The position numbers and the translations under genes are program-made. From the NCBI GenBank assembly GCA_024226235.1, contig JAAELW010000062.1, positions 12,700-76,699 of the forward strand: a stretch of 64,000 bases of DNA, in the 5' to 3' direction. This DNA is from a bacterium (lineage in GTDB: Bacteria; Myxococcota_A; UBA9160; UBA6930). Position 1 is the stretch's first letter. Each line of letters begins with the position of its first letter. The notes beneath the pieces are model-generated. The model did no database searches. It had not been told where the DNA came from and was given only the letters and a program-made list of their open reading frames with translations. Positions 38,213-46,039 of this stretch are shown here, one piece after another.

Positions 38213-38459
38213 TAGTTACGGACCGTCCGCTCGGACCCCAACAAGTTGGCACGCAACGTGAAATACACCAATACGTGGAGCCAACTTGGAATGGGAATCG
38301 AACGGTCTCATCGGGCGCGCAGACCTTCGAAACCCGAGTTGAGGAGCAACTGAGTCACTAAGGCGCTTTCCCCCAGATGGCACCCCGTCCGACTCAGAGA
38401 TACCTCGGCCCCAAGTTGACACGAAGGCCCTCCGGAAGTTCCGGAGGGCCTTTTCCTTT
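38213..38459 (+). ncRNA. candidate structured small RNA, family unknown (5' end inferred)
   Basis: A perfect TATAAT lies at 38202-38207. There is no credible ORF, and several 5-10-bp helices are present (see findings). The unit ends in a 10-bp GC hairpin plus U-tract at 38426-38459. Confidence 0.35.
38426..38459 (+). terminator. intrinsic terminator (possibly bidirectional, also downstream of rnd)
   Basis: GGCCCTCCGG-aagtt-CCGGAGGGCC is followed by TTTTCCTTT on the plus strand. On the minus strand it lies 52 nt after the rnd stop but is followed only by TTCGTGTC. Confidence 0.65.
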
Positions 38460-38502
38460 GGGAGGCTCCTTCGGAATCGGAAATCCGGAAAGCACGCGCC
38501 AG

Positions 38503-39654
38503 CTACTCTCCGTCGAGAGCCTCGACGATCTCGCTGCCGAAGTTGCGCGCGAACCACATCTTCACGCCAGGCAGGCCTTCCAGATCCGTGGCCTCCTTGG
38601 GTTCCGTCCAGGCGATGTTCTCGAGGGTGGCGTTCGGGCAGAGCACCCCAGGATCCATCTCGAGATCCTTGGCACGGCCGGTGCGCCAGCGCTTCAGTAC
38701 GGCCACCCGTTTCTCGGTGGCGCGGTCCATTCGTCGCCTGGGCGGACCGTTGGTTGCGGCCTTCTTCGGAACCGGGCCGTGGTTCTTCTCGGCGCCGCGA
38801 GCCACCGCATCGAGGATCTTCTCGCCAAAGCGACGCAGGATGAGGTCGGTCACACCCTTCACCTTGCTTAGCGCGACCTCGGTCATCGGCTTGCACTCGG
38901 CGATCTCCAGCAATGCACGATTGCCGAGGACTTTGAAAGGCGGCCGATCGATCTCCCTCGCGCGTTTGTCGCGCACCAGGAACAGTTCGCGCAGCACCGA
39001 GAGGGACTTGGGATCGAGCGCACGCGCGCCCTTGATGCGCAAGTACCCAAGTCGATCGAACTCGCGGTCGGGCCACTGGCGTTGGGTCAGGGCCTCGAAT
39101 TCCTCGGTCGCCCAATCGAGGCGGCCGGCCTTCTTGAGCTCCTTCTCGAGCAGCTTGGTGACCTGGATCAAGTGGGTCACGTCCGCAGCGGCGTAGGTCA
39201 GCTGACTGTCACGGAGGGGACGAGCCGACCAGTCCGAGCGCTGCTCATCCTTCGGCAGCTTGATGCCGAAATGGCGCTCGATCAATGCAGACAGGCCGAT
39301 GGCCGGGTAGCCGAGCAACTGCGCGCTGATCATCGTGTCGAACAGGTTCGCGAAGACGAAGCCGCAGTCGCGCTTGAGGACGAACAAGTCGTACTCCGCC
39401 GCGTGGAAGATCTTGCGGATGTCTGGCGAGGCCATCACCGGTCCAAGGGGTTGGAGTTCGGCTGGTCCGCCCAGCGCGAGCGGGTCGATCAGTACGATCC
39501 GCTTCTTCGTCGCGACCTGCACGAGGCAAGTCTTGTCGAAGTAGTGGTAGAAGCTGTCGGCTTCGGTGTCGAAGGCGACGACCTTCTGCTTCAGCAAGTC
39601 CTGAGCCAGCGCCTCGAGTTCGGATTGGGTCTCGATGCGCTCAAAGTCCGCCAC
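38503..39654 (-). CDS. rnd: ribonuclease D
   Basis: I call GTG 39654 (GAGG 6 nt upstream) inside the 610-aa track ORF. DEDDy exonuclease core (VAFDTEADS, HAAEYDL, YAAADV) followed by HRDC repeats. The resulting 383 aa is a typical length. Confidence 0.88.
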   Translation of the reverse strand: MADFERIETQSELEALAQDLLKQKVVAFDTEADSFYHYFDKTCLVQVATKKRIVLIDPLALGGPAELQPLGPVMASPDIRKIFHAAEYDLFVLKRDCGFVFANLFDTMISAQLLGYPAIGLSALIERHFGIKLPKDEQRSDWSARPLRDSQLTYAAADVTHLIQVTKLLEKELKKAGRLDWATEEFEALTQRQWPDREFDRLGYLRIKGARALDPKSLSVLRELFLVRDKRAREIDRPPFKVLGNRALLEIAECKPMTEVALSKVKGVTDLILRRFGEKILDAVARGAEKNHGPVPKKAATNGPPRRRMDRATEKRVAVLKRWRTGRAKDLEMDPGVLCPNATLENIAWTEPKEATDLEGLPGVKMWFARNFGSEIVEALDGE

Positions 39655-39813
39655 GTACGCCTCGAATGGTTGGTGGGTCCGGGGGGGACACGGTTGCCTG
39701 CCCGGGGGAGGAGCGCAGCGCCGGTCCCTCGATCCTAGCCGAGGGGTATCAGACGCGAAAGGATTGACGCAGATGCAGGGTTCGAATACAATTGTTCCAA
39801 CAAGTGGATCAGT

Positions 39814-39830
39814 ATTCCATATAATGGAAT
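39814..39830. promoter_or_regulatory. perfect 7-3-7 palindrome overlapping a TATAAT; candidate IclR operator/promoter
   Basis: ATTCCAT-ATA-ATGGAAT with TATAAT at 39820-39825, 28 nt upstream of the IclR start. A second palindrome, ACAATTGT, lies at 39788-39795. Confidence 0.35.
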
Positions 39831-39857
39831 ATTGGTCGTAGAAATAGCAGGATTGAG

Positions 39858-40622
39858 ATGAATTCGCTCTCCACGGTCGACCACGCAGTCGATCTTCTAT
39901 TGCAGTTGGGTGCCACTTCGACGCCCCAAGGCGTGACCACGCTCTCCAAGGCCCTCGGGCTGGGCAAGTCGAGCACCCATCGTCTACTCGTGTCCCTGAC
40001 GCGACGCGGACTGGTCGAGCAGGACGAGCGGCGCTGCTACCGGACGGGTCCCGCACTGGTTGCACTGGGTCTCGCGCATCTCGAGCAGGATCCCGTCGTT
40101 GCAGCGGCTCGCCCCGAACTCCAGGCTGCCGCCGTCGAGTTGGGTGAGACCGTGTTTCTTGCAGGCCCGCGAGCGGGGCGCATCCTGGTCCTCGATCAGG
40201 CGCAGGGCGCGGGCTTCCTGCGCGCTGCGCCACGTATCGGTGAGGCGATTCCGGTTCACGCCACTGCGATTGGCAAGCTCGTGCTGGCTCTCGCGCCAGA
40301 TGCCGTCGCGCTTGGCGAAAGCGAGTTGGAAGCATTCACCGAGCGTACCGCCACGAGTCATACCGCTCTCGAGATCGAGATCCGACGCGCGCGGCTTCGG
40401 GGTTGGGCGGAGAACCGTGGTGAGTGGATTCCAGGGATGTCTGTGGTGGCGGTTCCGCTATGGCGCCGCGAGCAATTGGAGGGAGCCCTGGCTGTTGCGG
40501 CGGCATCCGAGCAGATCGAACGACTCGGCGTCTTGCCTCTCGTGCGTCGATTGCGTCGGGCTGCAGCGCGTATCGAGGAGCGGCTCGCAGGAACACGGAT
40601 GCTTCGGGAGGTGGAAGCATGA
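39858..40622 (+). CDS. IclR-family transcriptional regulator
   Basis: N-terminal wHTH (VDHAVDLLLQLGATSTPQGVTTLSKALGLGKSSTHRLLVSL) plus an IclR effector domain. Confidence 0.88.
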   Translation: MNSLSTVDHAVDLLLQLGATSTPQGVTTLSKALGLGKSSTHRLLVSLTRRGLVEQDERRCYRTGPALVALGLAHLEQDPVVAAARPELQAAAVELGETVFLAGPRAGRILVLDQAQGAGFLRAAPRIGEAIPVHATAIGKLVLALAPDAVALGESELEAFTERTATSHTALEIEIRRARLRGWAENRGEWIPGMSVVAVPLWRREQLEGALAVAAASEQIERLGVLPLVRRLRRAAARIEERLAGTRMLREVEA

Positions 40623-41488
40623 AGGTCTGGCTGGACGGCGGCATCGTAGAAGAAGAGTTGGCACGCATCCCGGTCACCGACCACGGTTTCCTGTATGGCG
40701 ACGGAATATTCGAAGGGATGCGCGTCTATCACCGGAAACTCTTCCGGCTCGAGGATCATCTGACCAGGCTCGCCACAGCAGCACGAGCTTTGAAGTTGGA
40801 AATCCCCGGTGGGATCGGGGGCGCACGCAAGGCCGCTCTCGAGACTGCCCGGGCCTTCGATCGCGACGAAGCCTACCTGCGGTTGATCGTCTCTCGCGGT
40901 GAGGGATCGCTCGGGGTGGATCCGACGACCTGTCCCCGCGCGAGATTGGTATGCATCGCAGATGAAGTGCGGATCTACCCGGAGGAGAAGATGCGTGCTG
41001 GTATTTCTCTCATCACATCGAGTTGGCGGCGGCCGCCGGCGGATGTCCTCGACCCGCGGGTCAAGAGCCTGAACTACCTGAACAACGCGATGGCCAAGCT
41101 GGAGGCCCGTCAATGCGGCGCCGACGAGGCGCTCATGCTGAACGCCGCAGGACATATCGCCGAGGCCTCGGTTGCCAACCTCTTCGCGGTGCGGGAGGGG
41201 ACGCTACTCACGCCTCCTGCGACCGATGGTGCCCTCGAAGGGATCACCCGTCGGAGCCTCCTCGAGTTGGCTGCGGAGGAGGGCCTTCCGGCCGAGCAGC
41301 GCAGTATCGGACGTTTCGATCTGTTCGCGGCGAGCGAGGTGTTCCTGACCGGTAGCGGGGCACGCATCGTGCCGGTGGGTTCGCTCGACGGGAGAGAGAT
41401 CGGCGGCGCTGCGAGGCCGGTCATGGAGCAGCTCTCGGATGCGTTCGAACGTCTCACGAAAGAGGCGGGGACGCCGCTGGGCGGGTAG
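40619..41488 (+). CDS. ilvE: class IV aminotransferase, branched-chain amino acid aminotransferase-like
   Basis: ATG 40619 overlaps the IclR stop (ATGA). Motifs are DHGFLYGDGIFEGMRVY, the catalytic Lys context RVKSLNYLNN, and EGITR. Confidence 0.8.
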   Translation: MKVWLDGGIVEEELARIPVTDHGFLYGDGIFEGMRVYHRKLFRLEDHLTRLATAARALKLEIPGGIGGARKAALETARAFDRDEAYLRLIVSRGEGSLGVDPTTCPRARLVCIADEVRIYPEEKMRAGISLITSSWRRPPADVLDPRVKSLNYLNNAMAKLEARQCGADEALMLNAAGHIAEASVANLFAVREGTLLTPPATDGALEGITRRSLLELAAEEGLPAEQRSIGRFDLFAASEVFLTGSGARIVPVGSLDGREIGGAARPVMEQLSDAFERLTKEAGTPLGG

Positions 41489-41519
41489 CTTCCGGCACTC
41501 CCCGATCCAGGAGTGGCCA

Positions 41520-43226
41520 TTGCGCTGGAGCCAGGCGTTCATTCCGACCCTTCGTGACGATCCCGCCGATGCCGAGGCGGCGAGTCATCGCCTGCTCGTG
41601 CGCGGGGGGTTCGCTCGCCAGCTGATGGCGGGCATCTACTCCCTGCTGCCGCTCGGTACGCGTGTACACGACAAGATCGAGCAGATCATCCGGGAGGAGA
41701 TGACGAAGATCGGCGGACAAGAGTTCTCTCTGCCCGCGCTGCTTCCTCGGGAGATTCTCGAGAAATCTGGGCGTTGGGGCGTGGACGTGATGTTCAAGCT
41801 CGAAGATCGCCACGGCGCCTCGGCTTGCCTGGGCTTCACCCACGAAGAAATTTTCGCCTGGATTGCCCGCGAGCTGCGTTCCTACAAGGAACTCCCGCAG
41901 GTATGGTTCCAGTTCCAGACGAAATTCCGCGACGAGGAACGTCCAAAATCGGGTTTGATGCGCGTACGCGAGTTCATGATGAAGGATTCCTACTCGCTGG
42001 ATGTGACCCCCGAAGGCCTCGACAAGGCATTCCAGCAGCACTTCGAAGCCTACCGGCGGATCTTCGAGCGTCTGGGGCTCGACGTGTTGGCCGTCGAGGC
42101 TTCTTCTGGCGCGATGGGCGGAAACGAATCGATCGAGTTCATGATCGAGACACCGGCCGGAGAAGACTGGATCGTATCCTGTGCGGCATGTGGCTATGCC
42201 GCGAATGTCGAGAAGGCGACTTCACTGCTCGAGTCCGCTGATGATGAAGCCGGACCCGCCGCACCCGAGAAGTTCGCTACGCCCGATGTGCGTACGATCG
42301 AGGAGCTTGCGGCATTCGACGGCGGAGCGGACGCAGATCGGCAGATCAAGACTCTCGTCTACATGACGGACGACGCTCCGACCTTGCTGCTCTTGCGTGG
42401 CGATCATGCACTGGTCGAGCAGAAACTGATTGATGGCACCGCCGCCGAATCCCTGCGGCCAGCGGGTGCCGACGAGATCCGCGAGACACTCGGCGCGTCC
42501 GCCGGAAGCCTCGGCGCTGTGGGTGTGGAGGGTGTGCGCGTCATCGCTGATCCCGCGCTGCAAGGCCGGACGAACATGGTCACGGGCGCCAACCAGGACG
42601 GGTTCCACCTGCGCGGCGTGTCCCTCGAGCGGGACATCCAGGTGACTGAATGGATGGATCTGCGCGAGGTCAGCGAAGGTGAGGCCTGCCCGATGTGTGA
42701 GGCCGCGCTTGCGGTGCGCAAGACCGCCGAGGTCGGCCACATCTTCAAGCTCGGGACGAAATACTCCGAAGCCCTCGGCGCCGACGTGCAGGTCGAAGAT
42801 GGGAAGAGTGCGCCCATCATCATGGGCTCCTACGGAATCGGTGTCGGGCGGGCGATGGCGGGCATCGTCGAGAGTTGGAACGACGAGAATGGCATCATCT
42901 GGCCTGTCAGCGTCGCGCCCTACGAGGTAGTCGTCACGATCGTCAATCCGAAGGACGTCGAGAGCGCCGAGGCGGGTCTGCGCATCTACGAGAGCCTCAT
43001 CGGCGATGGCATCGACGCCATCCTCGACGACAGGAAAGAGCGCCCCGGTGTGAAATTCAAGGATGCCGAGCTCATCGGGATCCCCTATCGCCTGACGGTC
43101 GGCCCCCGCGGCCTGGCGGATGGCAAGGTCGAACTCTTCCGCCGTCGCGGCGCCGAGAAGCGCGACATCGACGTCCACAAAGCCGCCGACATCGTCCTCA
43201 ACGCCATCCTCGAAGAGCGCCGCTGA
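41520..43226 (+). CDS. proS: proline--tRNA ligase
   Basis: I call TTG 41520 (GGAG 6 nt upstream), giving MRWSQAFIPTLRDDPADAEAASHRLLVRGGF, which aligns to the ProRS N-terminus. It is a bacterial type with an INS editing domain, 568 aa. Confidence 0.92.
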   Translation: MRWSQAFIPTLRDDPADAEAASHRLLVRGGFARQLMAGIYSLLPLGTRVHDKIEQIIREEMTKIGGQEFSLPALLPREILEKSGRWGVDVMFKLEDRHGASACLGFTHEEIFAWIARELRSYKELPQVWFQFQTKFRDEERPKSGLMRVREFMMKDSYSLDVTPEGLDKAFQQHFEAYRRIFERLGLDVLAVEASSGAMGGNESIEFMIETPAGEDWIVSCAACGYAANVEKATSLLESADDEAGPAAPEKFATPDVRTIEELAAFDGGADADRQIKTLVYMTDDAPTLLLLRGDHALVEQKLIDGTAAESLRPAGADEIRETLGASAGSLGAVGVEGVRVIADPALQGRTNMVTGANQDGFHLRGVSLERDIQVTEWMDLREVSEGEACPMCEAALAVRKTAEVGHIFKLGTKYSEALGADVQVEDGKSAPIIMGSYGIGVGRAMAGIVESWNDENGIIWPVSVAPYEVVVTIVNPKDVESAEAGLRIYESLIGDGIDAILDDRKERPGVKFKDAELIGIPYRLTVGPRGLADGKVELFRRRGAEKRDIDVHKAADIVLNAILEERR

Positions 43227-43302
43227 ACCAAACACCAACCAACAAGCGCCACAAAGTGTTAAGCAAGGGGCCGGTTCCATTTGTTAAGATGTCGGACAGG
43301 CC

Positions 43303-44193
43303 ATGTGCGTTCATCTCGTCGACGGGCACGTCTACATCTTTCGGGCCTACTACTCGATCCCGGAAATCCTCGCGCCTGACGGGACGCCGACCCAGGCGGC
43401 GTATGGCTTCGCGAGTACATTGCTCCGGTTTCTTTCGGAGCGACGGCCCACTCATCTCGTATGCTGTTTCGACTACGGAATGAAGTCATTTCGCAATGAT
43501 GTATTTCCGGGTTACAAGGCATCGCGGGCGGATGCGGTTCCGGAAGATCTCGTGCCCCAGTTCGAGATCTGCAAGCAGGTAGCACGAGCCCTCGGTCTGC
43601 CGGTATTCGAGGCCGCTGGCTATGAAGCGGACGATGTCATCGCGACGCTGGTCGACGGCCTGTCGGCCGAGGGCTGCAGGGTAGATGTGGTGAGTTCGGA
43701 CAAGGATCTCTCCCAGCTCGTCACCGAGGATGGTCGCGTTCGCCTGCACGATCTACAACGGAGTCGAACCCTCGACGCTGATGGGGTTCGCGAGAAGTTC
43801 GGTGTCGATCCCGCGCAGATCCCCGACTACCTCGCGCTGGTGGGAGATGCGGTGGACGACCTGCCCGGTGTGCCCGGCTACGGGAAGAAGAGCGCAGCCA
43901 TCGCACTCACCGCGTTCGGCCGCATCGATCAGATTCCGGACCAGCTGGCAGGCTGGGAAGGTGTGGCCGTCCGGGGTGCCGCGCGTCTGGCCCGGGAGAT
44001 CGGCGCACACCGCGAACAGGCCCTCCAGGTTCGAGAGCTGGCGACGGTGGTACGCAAGGTACCGGGCGTCCGATCTGATCTCGGAGATCTCACCTGGGGA
44101 GGCGCACCGGCTGGCGCGTTCGAGGCCCTGTGCAACGAGCTGGGCTGGGGACAAATTGCCGACCGGATTCCGCGGCCGCCTCGTACGCACTGA
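43303..44193 (+). CDS. 5'-3' exonuclease / flap endonuclease (Pol I N-terminal-like, stand-alone)
   Basis: LVDGHVYIFRAYY, GYEADDVIATL, and an H3TH region (LVGDAVDDLPGVPGYG). Confidence 0.88.
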   Translation: MCVHLVDGHVYIFRAYYSIPEILAPDGTPTQAAYGFASTLLRFLSERRPTHLVCCFDYGMKSFRNDVFPGYKASRADAVPEDLVPQFEICKQVARALGLPVFEAAGYEADDVIATLVDGLSAEGCRVDVVSSDKDLSQLVTEDGRVRLHDLQRSRTLDADGVREKFGVDPAQIPDYLALVGDAVDDLPGVPGYGKKSAAIALTAFGRIDQIPDQLAGWEGVAVRGAARLAREIGAHREQALQVRELATVVRKVPGVRSDLGDLTWGGAPAGAFEALCNELGWGQIADRIPRPPRTH

Positions 44194-44266
44194 AGGCGCT
44201 CGACCGGAGAGGACCCGGCGATAGAATGGAGCGCGCTGCGATTGCCCAATTGTCTGGAGGACCGCC

Positions 44267-44977
44267 ATGGAAATCATCACGACGAGTGAGGGATGGGAGT
44301 TCCTGATCCGATGGATCCATTTCCTCGCTGGGATCACCTGGATCGGCATCCTCTACTATTTCAACTTCATCCAGACTCCGTTCTTTGGCAGTGATCTCGG
44401 CGCTGAAGCCAAGAGCGCGATGACCCGCGGGCTCGTACCCGACGCGTTGTGGTGGTTCCGCTGGGGCGCCATGCTCACATTCGTTTCGGGATGGATGCTC
44501 GTGCTGATGTACATCGGCATGCGCGAGATGGATCTCGGAACACCGCTCATCACGAAGATCCTCACCGGCGGCCTGATGGGTACGATCATGTGGGCCAACG
44601 TCTGGCTGGTGATCTGGCCGGCCCAGCAGGTAGTGATCAAGTCTGCCGAGCAGGTCGCGGCCGGTGGCGATCCGATCCCCACAGCGGCCGCTCGTGCCGC
44701 TCGCGCTGGCCTGGCCTCGCGCACGAATACGATGTTCTCGATCCCGATGCTCTTCTTCATGGGGTCGGCCAGGCACCTGAACGGACTCCATCAAGGCGAG
44801 AACGACATCCTCTACTGGATCGTCGCACTGGCGGCGATCGGATTGCTCGAGCTGAACTGCCTGATCGGAACCGATCAATCCCGCCAGAAGTACCTCGGTA
44901 GCGTTTCCGGCACGATCCACACGGGAGTTGCAGCGACCGCAGTGCTCTACATCATCGGAGCGGTGCTCAACAGCTAG
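44267..44977 (+). CDS. integral membrane protein resembling the N-terminal membrane domain of urate hydroxylase PuuD
   Basis: EFLIRWIHFLAGITWIGILYYFNFIQ resembles the RW-H-GI-WIG-YF signature as I recall it. The protein is polytopic. Assignment is tentative. Confidence 0.5.
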   Translation: MEIITTSEGWEFLIRWIHFLAGITWIGILYYFNFIQTPFFGSDLGAEAKSAMTRGLVPDALWWFRWGAMLTFVSGWMLVLMYIGMREMDLGTPLITKILTGGLMGTIMWANVWLVIWPAQQVVIKSAEQVAAGGDPIPTAAARAARAGLASRTNTMFSIPMLFFMGSARHLNGLHQGENDILYWIVALAAIGLLELNCLIGTDQSRQKYLGSVSGTIHTGVAATAVLYIIGAVLNS

Positions 44978-45005
44978 GGGTTGGAAAGAGCGTCCCCGGT
45001 TCCAG

Positions 45006-45365
45006 CTACTGCTCGAAGGTTGCCAGGTAGGCTTCGATGGCTGGGAGTTCAGCCTCGAGGTATGGCAGGGGGATCATCGCCTGGGTGCTGCGCTTTGGCA
45101 GGTAGCCCGGCGGGTACTCGTTGTGCAGCACCTTTGCCCGTAGCAACTCGAGGGAGGAGCCGGCGATTTCCGGGCCCACGGGGCCCGGTTGCCGTGGGTC
45201 TCGAGCGTGGCAAGCCGTGCAGACGGATTCGAAGTGGGTTCGCCCCTTGCGTACCAGTGCGGTGGCCGGATCGTCGGGTGTCTGGTCGCATGCACACGAA
45301 ACCAGTGACGATATGCCGATTGCGATTCCAAACAGGAAACATCGAAGTGGCTGAAAACGGGTCAT
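45006..45365 (-). CDS. c-type cytochrome, predicted lipoprotein
   Basis: ATG 45365 gives a signal peptide with lipobox LVSC. A single haem motif CTACH is present. Confidence 0.75.
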   Translation of the reverse strand: MTRFQPLRCFLFGIAIGISSLVSCACDQTPDDPATALVRKGRTHFESVCTACHARDPRQPGPVGPEIAGSSLELLRAKVLHNEYPPGYLPKRSTQAMIPLPYLEAELPAIEAYLATFEQ

Positions 45366-45403
45366 CAGCGGGCGGATCGTAGCCTCCGCTACCCTGAGCG
45401 GCG

Positions 45404-45967
45404 ATGGCGAGCCCGGCACCTTCCGCACCGGCCCGATGGCGTACGAGGGCCAATGTCCTGACGGTGCTGCGTCTGGCGGCCGCCCCGCCCCTGGTGCTCG
45501 CGATCTGCCAGGGTCAAACGGGCCTCGCCCACGCACTCTTCTGGATGGCCGTCGCTACCGATCTGCTCGACGGCCGAGTGGCCCGTCGCTACGGGGAAGC
45601 CTCGCCCATGGGCGGCATCTTCGACCACGCGACGGATGCGATCTTCGTTTCAGCCGGGCTTCTGGCCGTCGCCTGGCGCGGCGAGGTTTCGATCTGGCTT
45701 CCGGCCTTGGTGGTGGCTGCATTCGTCCAGTATGCAGCCGATTCCCGGGCTCTGGCAGGCCGCCCGCTACGAGCGAGTCTGCTCGGACGATGGAACGGCA
45801 TTGCCTATTTCGTGCTGCTCGGCATTCCCGTCGTTCGGGACGGGTTTGGCCTCGGCTGGCCGCCTGGCTCCTGGGTCGTCGCGATCGGTTGGGCTCTGAT
45901 CGTGACGACGCTCGTTTCGATGGGTGACCGCTTCTTGGCACTCGTCCGCAACCCCAGCCCTTCCTAG
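45404..45967 (+). CDS. CDP-alcohol phosphatidyltransferase family protein
   Basis: A perfect DG-x2-AR-x8-G-x3-D-x3-D signature: DLLDGRVARRYGEASPMGGIFDHATD. Confidence 0.88.
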   Translation: MASPAPSAPARWRTRANVLTVLRLAAAPPLVLAICQGQTGLAHALFWMAVATDLLDGRVARRYGEASPMGGIFDHATDAIFVSAGLLAVAWRGEVSIWLPALVVAAFVQYAADSRALAGRPLRASLLGRWNGIAYFVLLGIPVVRDGFGLGWPPGSWVVAIGWALIVTTLVSMGDRFLALVRNPSPS

Positions 45968-46039
45968 GTCTTCGGAGGCACTCGTCATGTCTACTGGGCG
46001 TCGAACGATCAGATCTTGCATCGGCTCGAAGGTTCGAAC

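Noticed and set aside
38291-38303. GGGAATCGAAC on the plus strand, which reads GTTCGATTCCC on the minus strand and looks like a tRNA/tmRNA T-loop.
   Set aside because: The flanking bases do not form a T-stem (GACCG versus CCCAT). No acceptor stem or cloverleaf can be drawn, and there is no tag-peptide frame, so it is not a tRNA or tmRNA. On the plus strand the same bases are part of a better helix (UCGAA-c-GGUCU / AGACC-UUCGA).
38071-38361. A 96-aa plus-strand ORF in the pepP-rnd spacer.
   Set aside because: It has no SD or start context and no recognisable domain. Its composition is unlike neighbouring genes, and it spans the predicted promoter and RNA helices.
38213-38459. Calling the sRNA candidate 6S RNA (ssrS) on the basis of pepP synteny.
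   Set aside because: The 5' and 3' portions are direct repeats, not complements. I could therefore not build the 6S closing stem and central bubble rod. The idea is kept only as a hypothesis inside the finding and is not used as the annotation.
39655-40335. An N-terminal 227-aa extension of the rnd track ORF. Similar extensions occur on sufB (57076-57255), smr (30134-30598), aroC (29734-29808), cytochrome c (45366-45536), ilvE (40424-40618), folK (61171-61275), the SDR (62208-62498) and cinA-like (27347-27451).
   Set aside because: The extensions are Arg/Pro/Gly-rich and overlap neighbouring genes or intergenic promoters. They are absent from the known family N-termini, and internal starts with SD sequences or coupling overlaps fit better.
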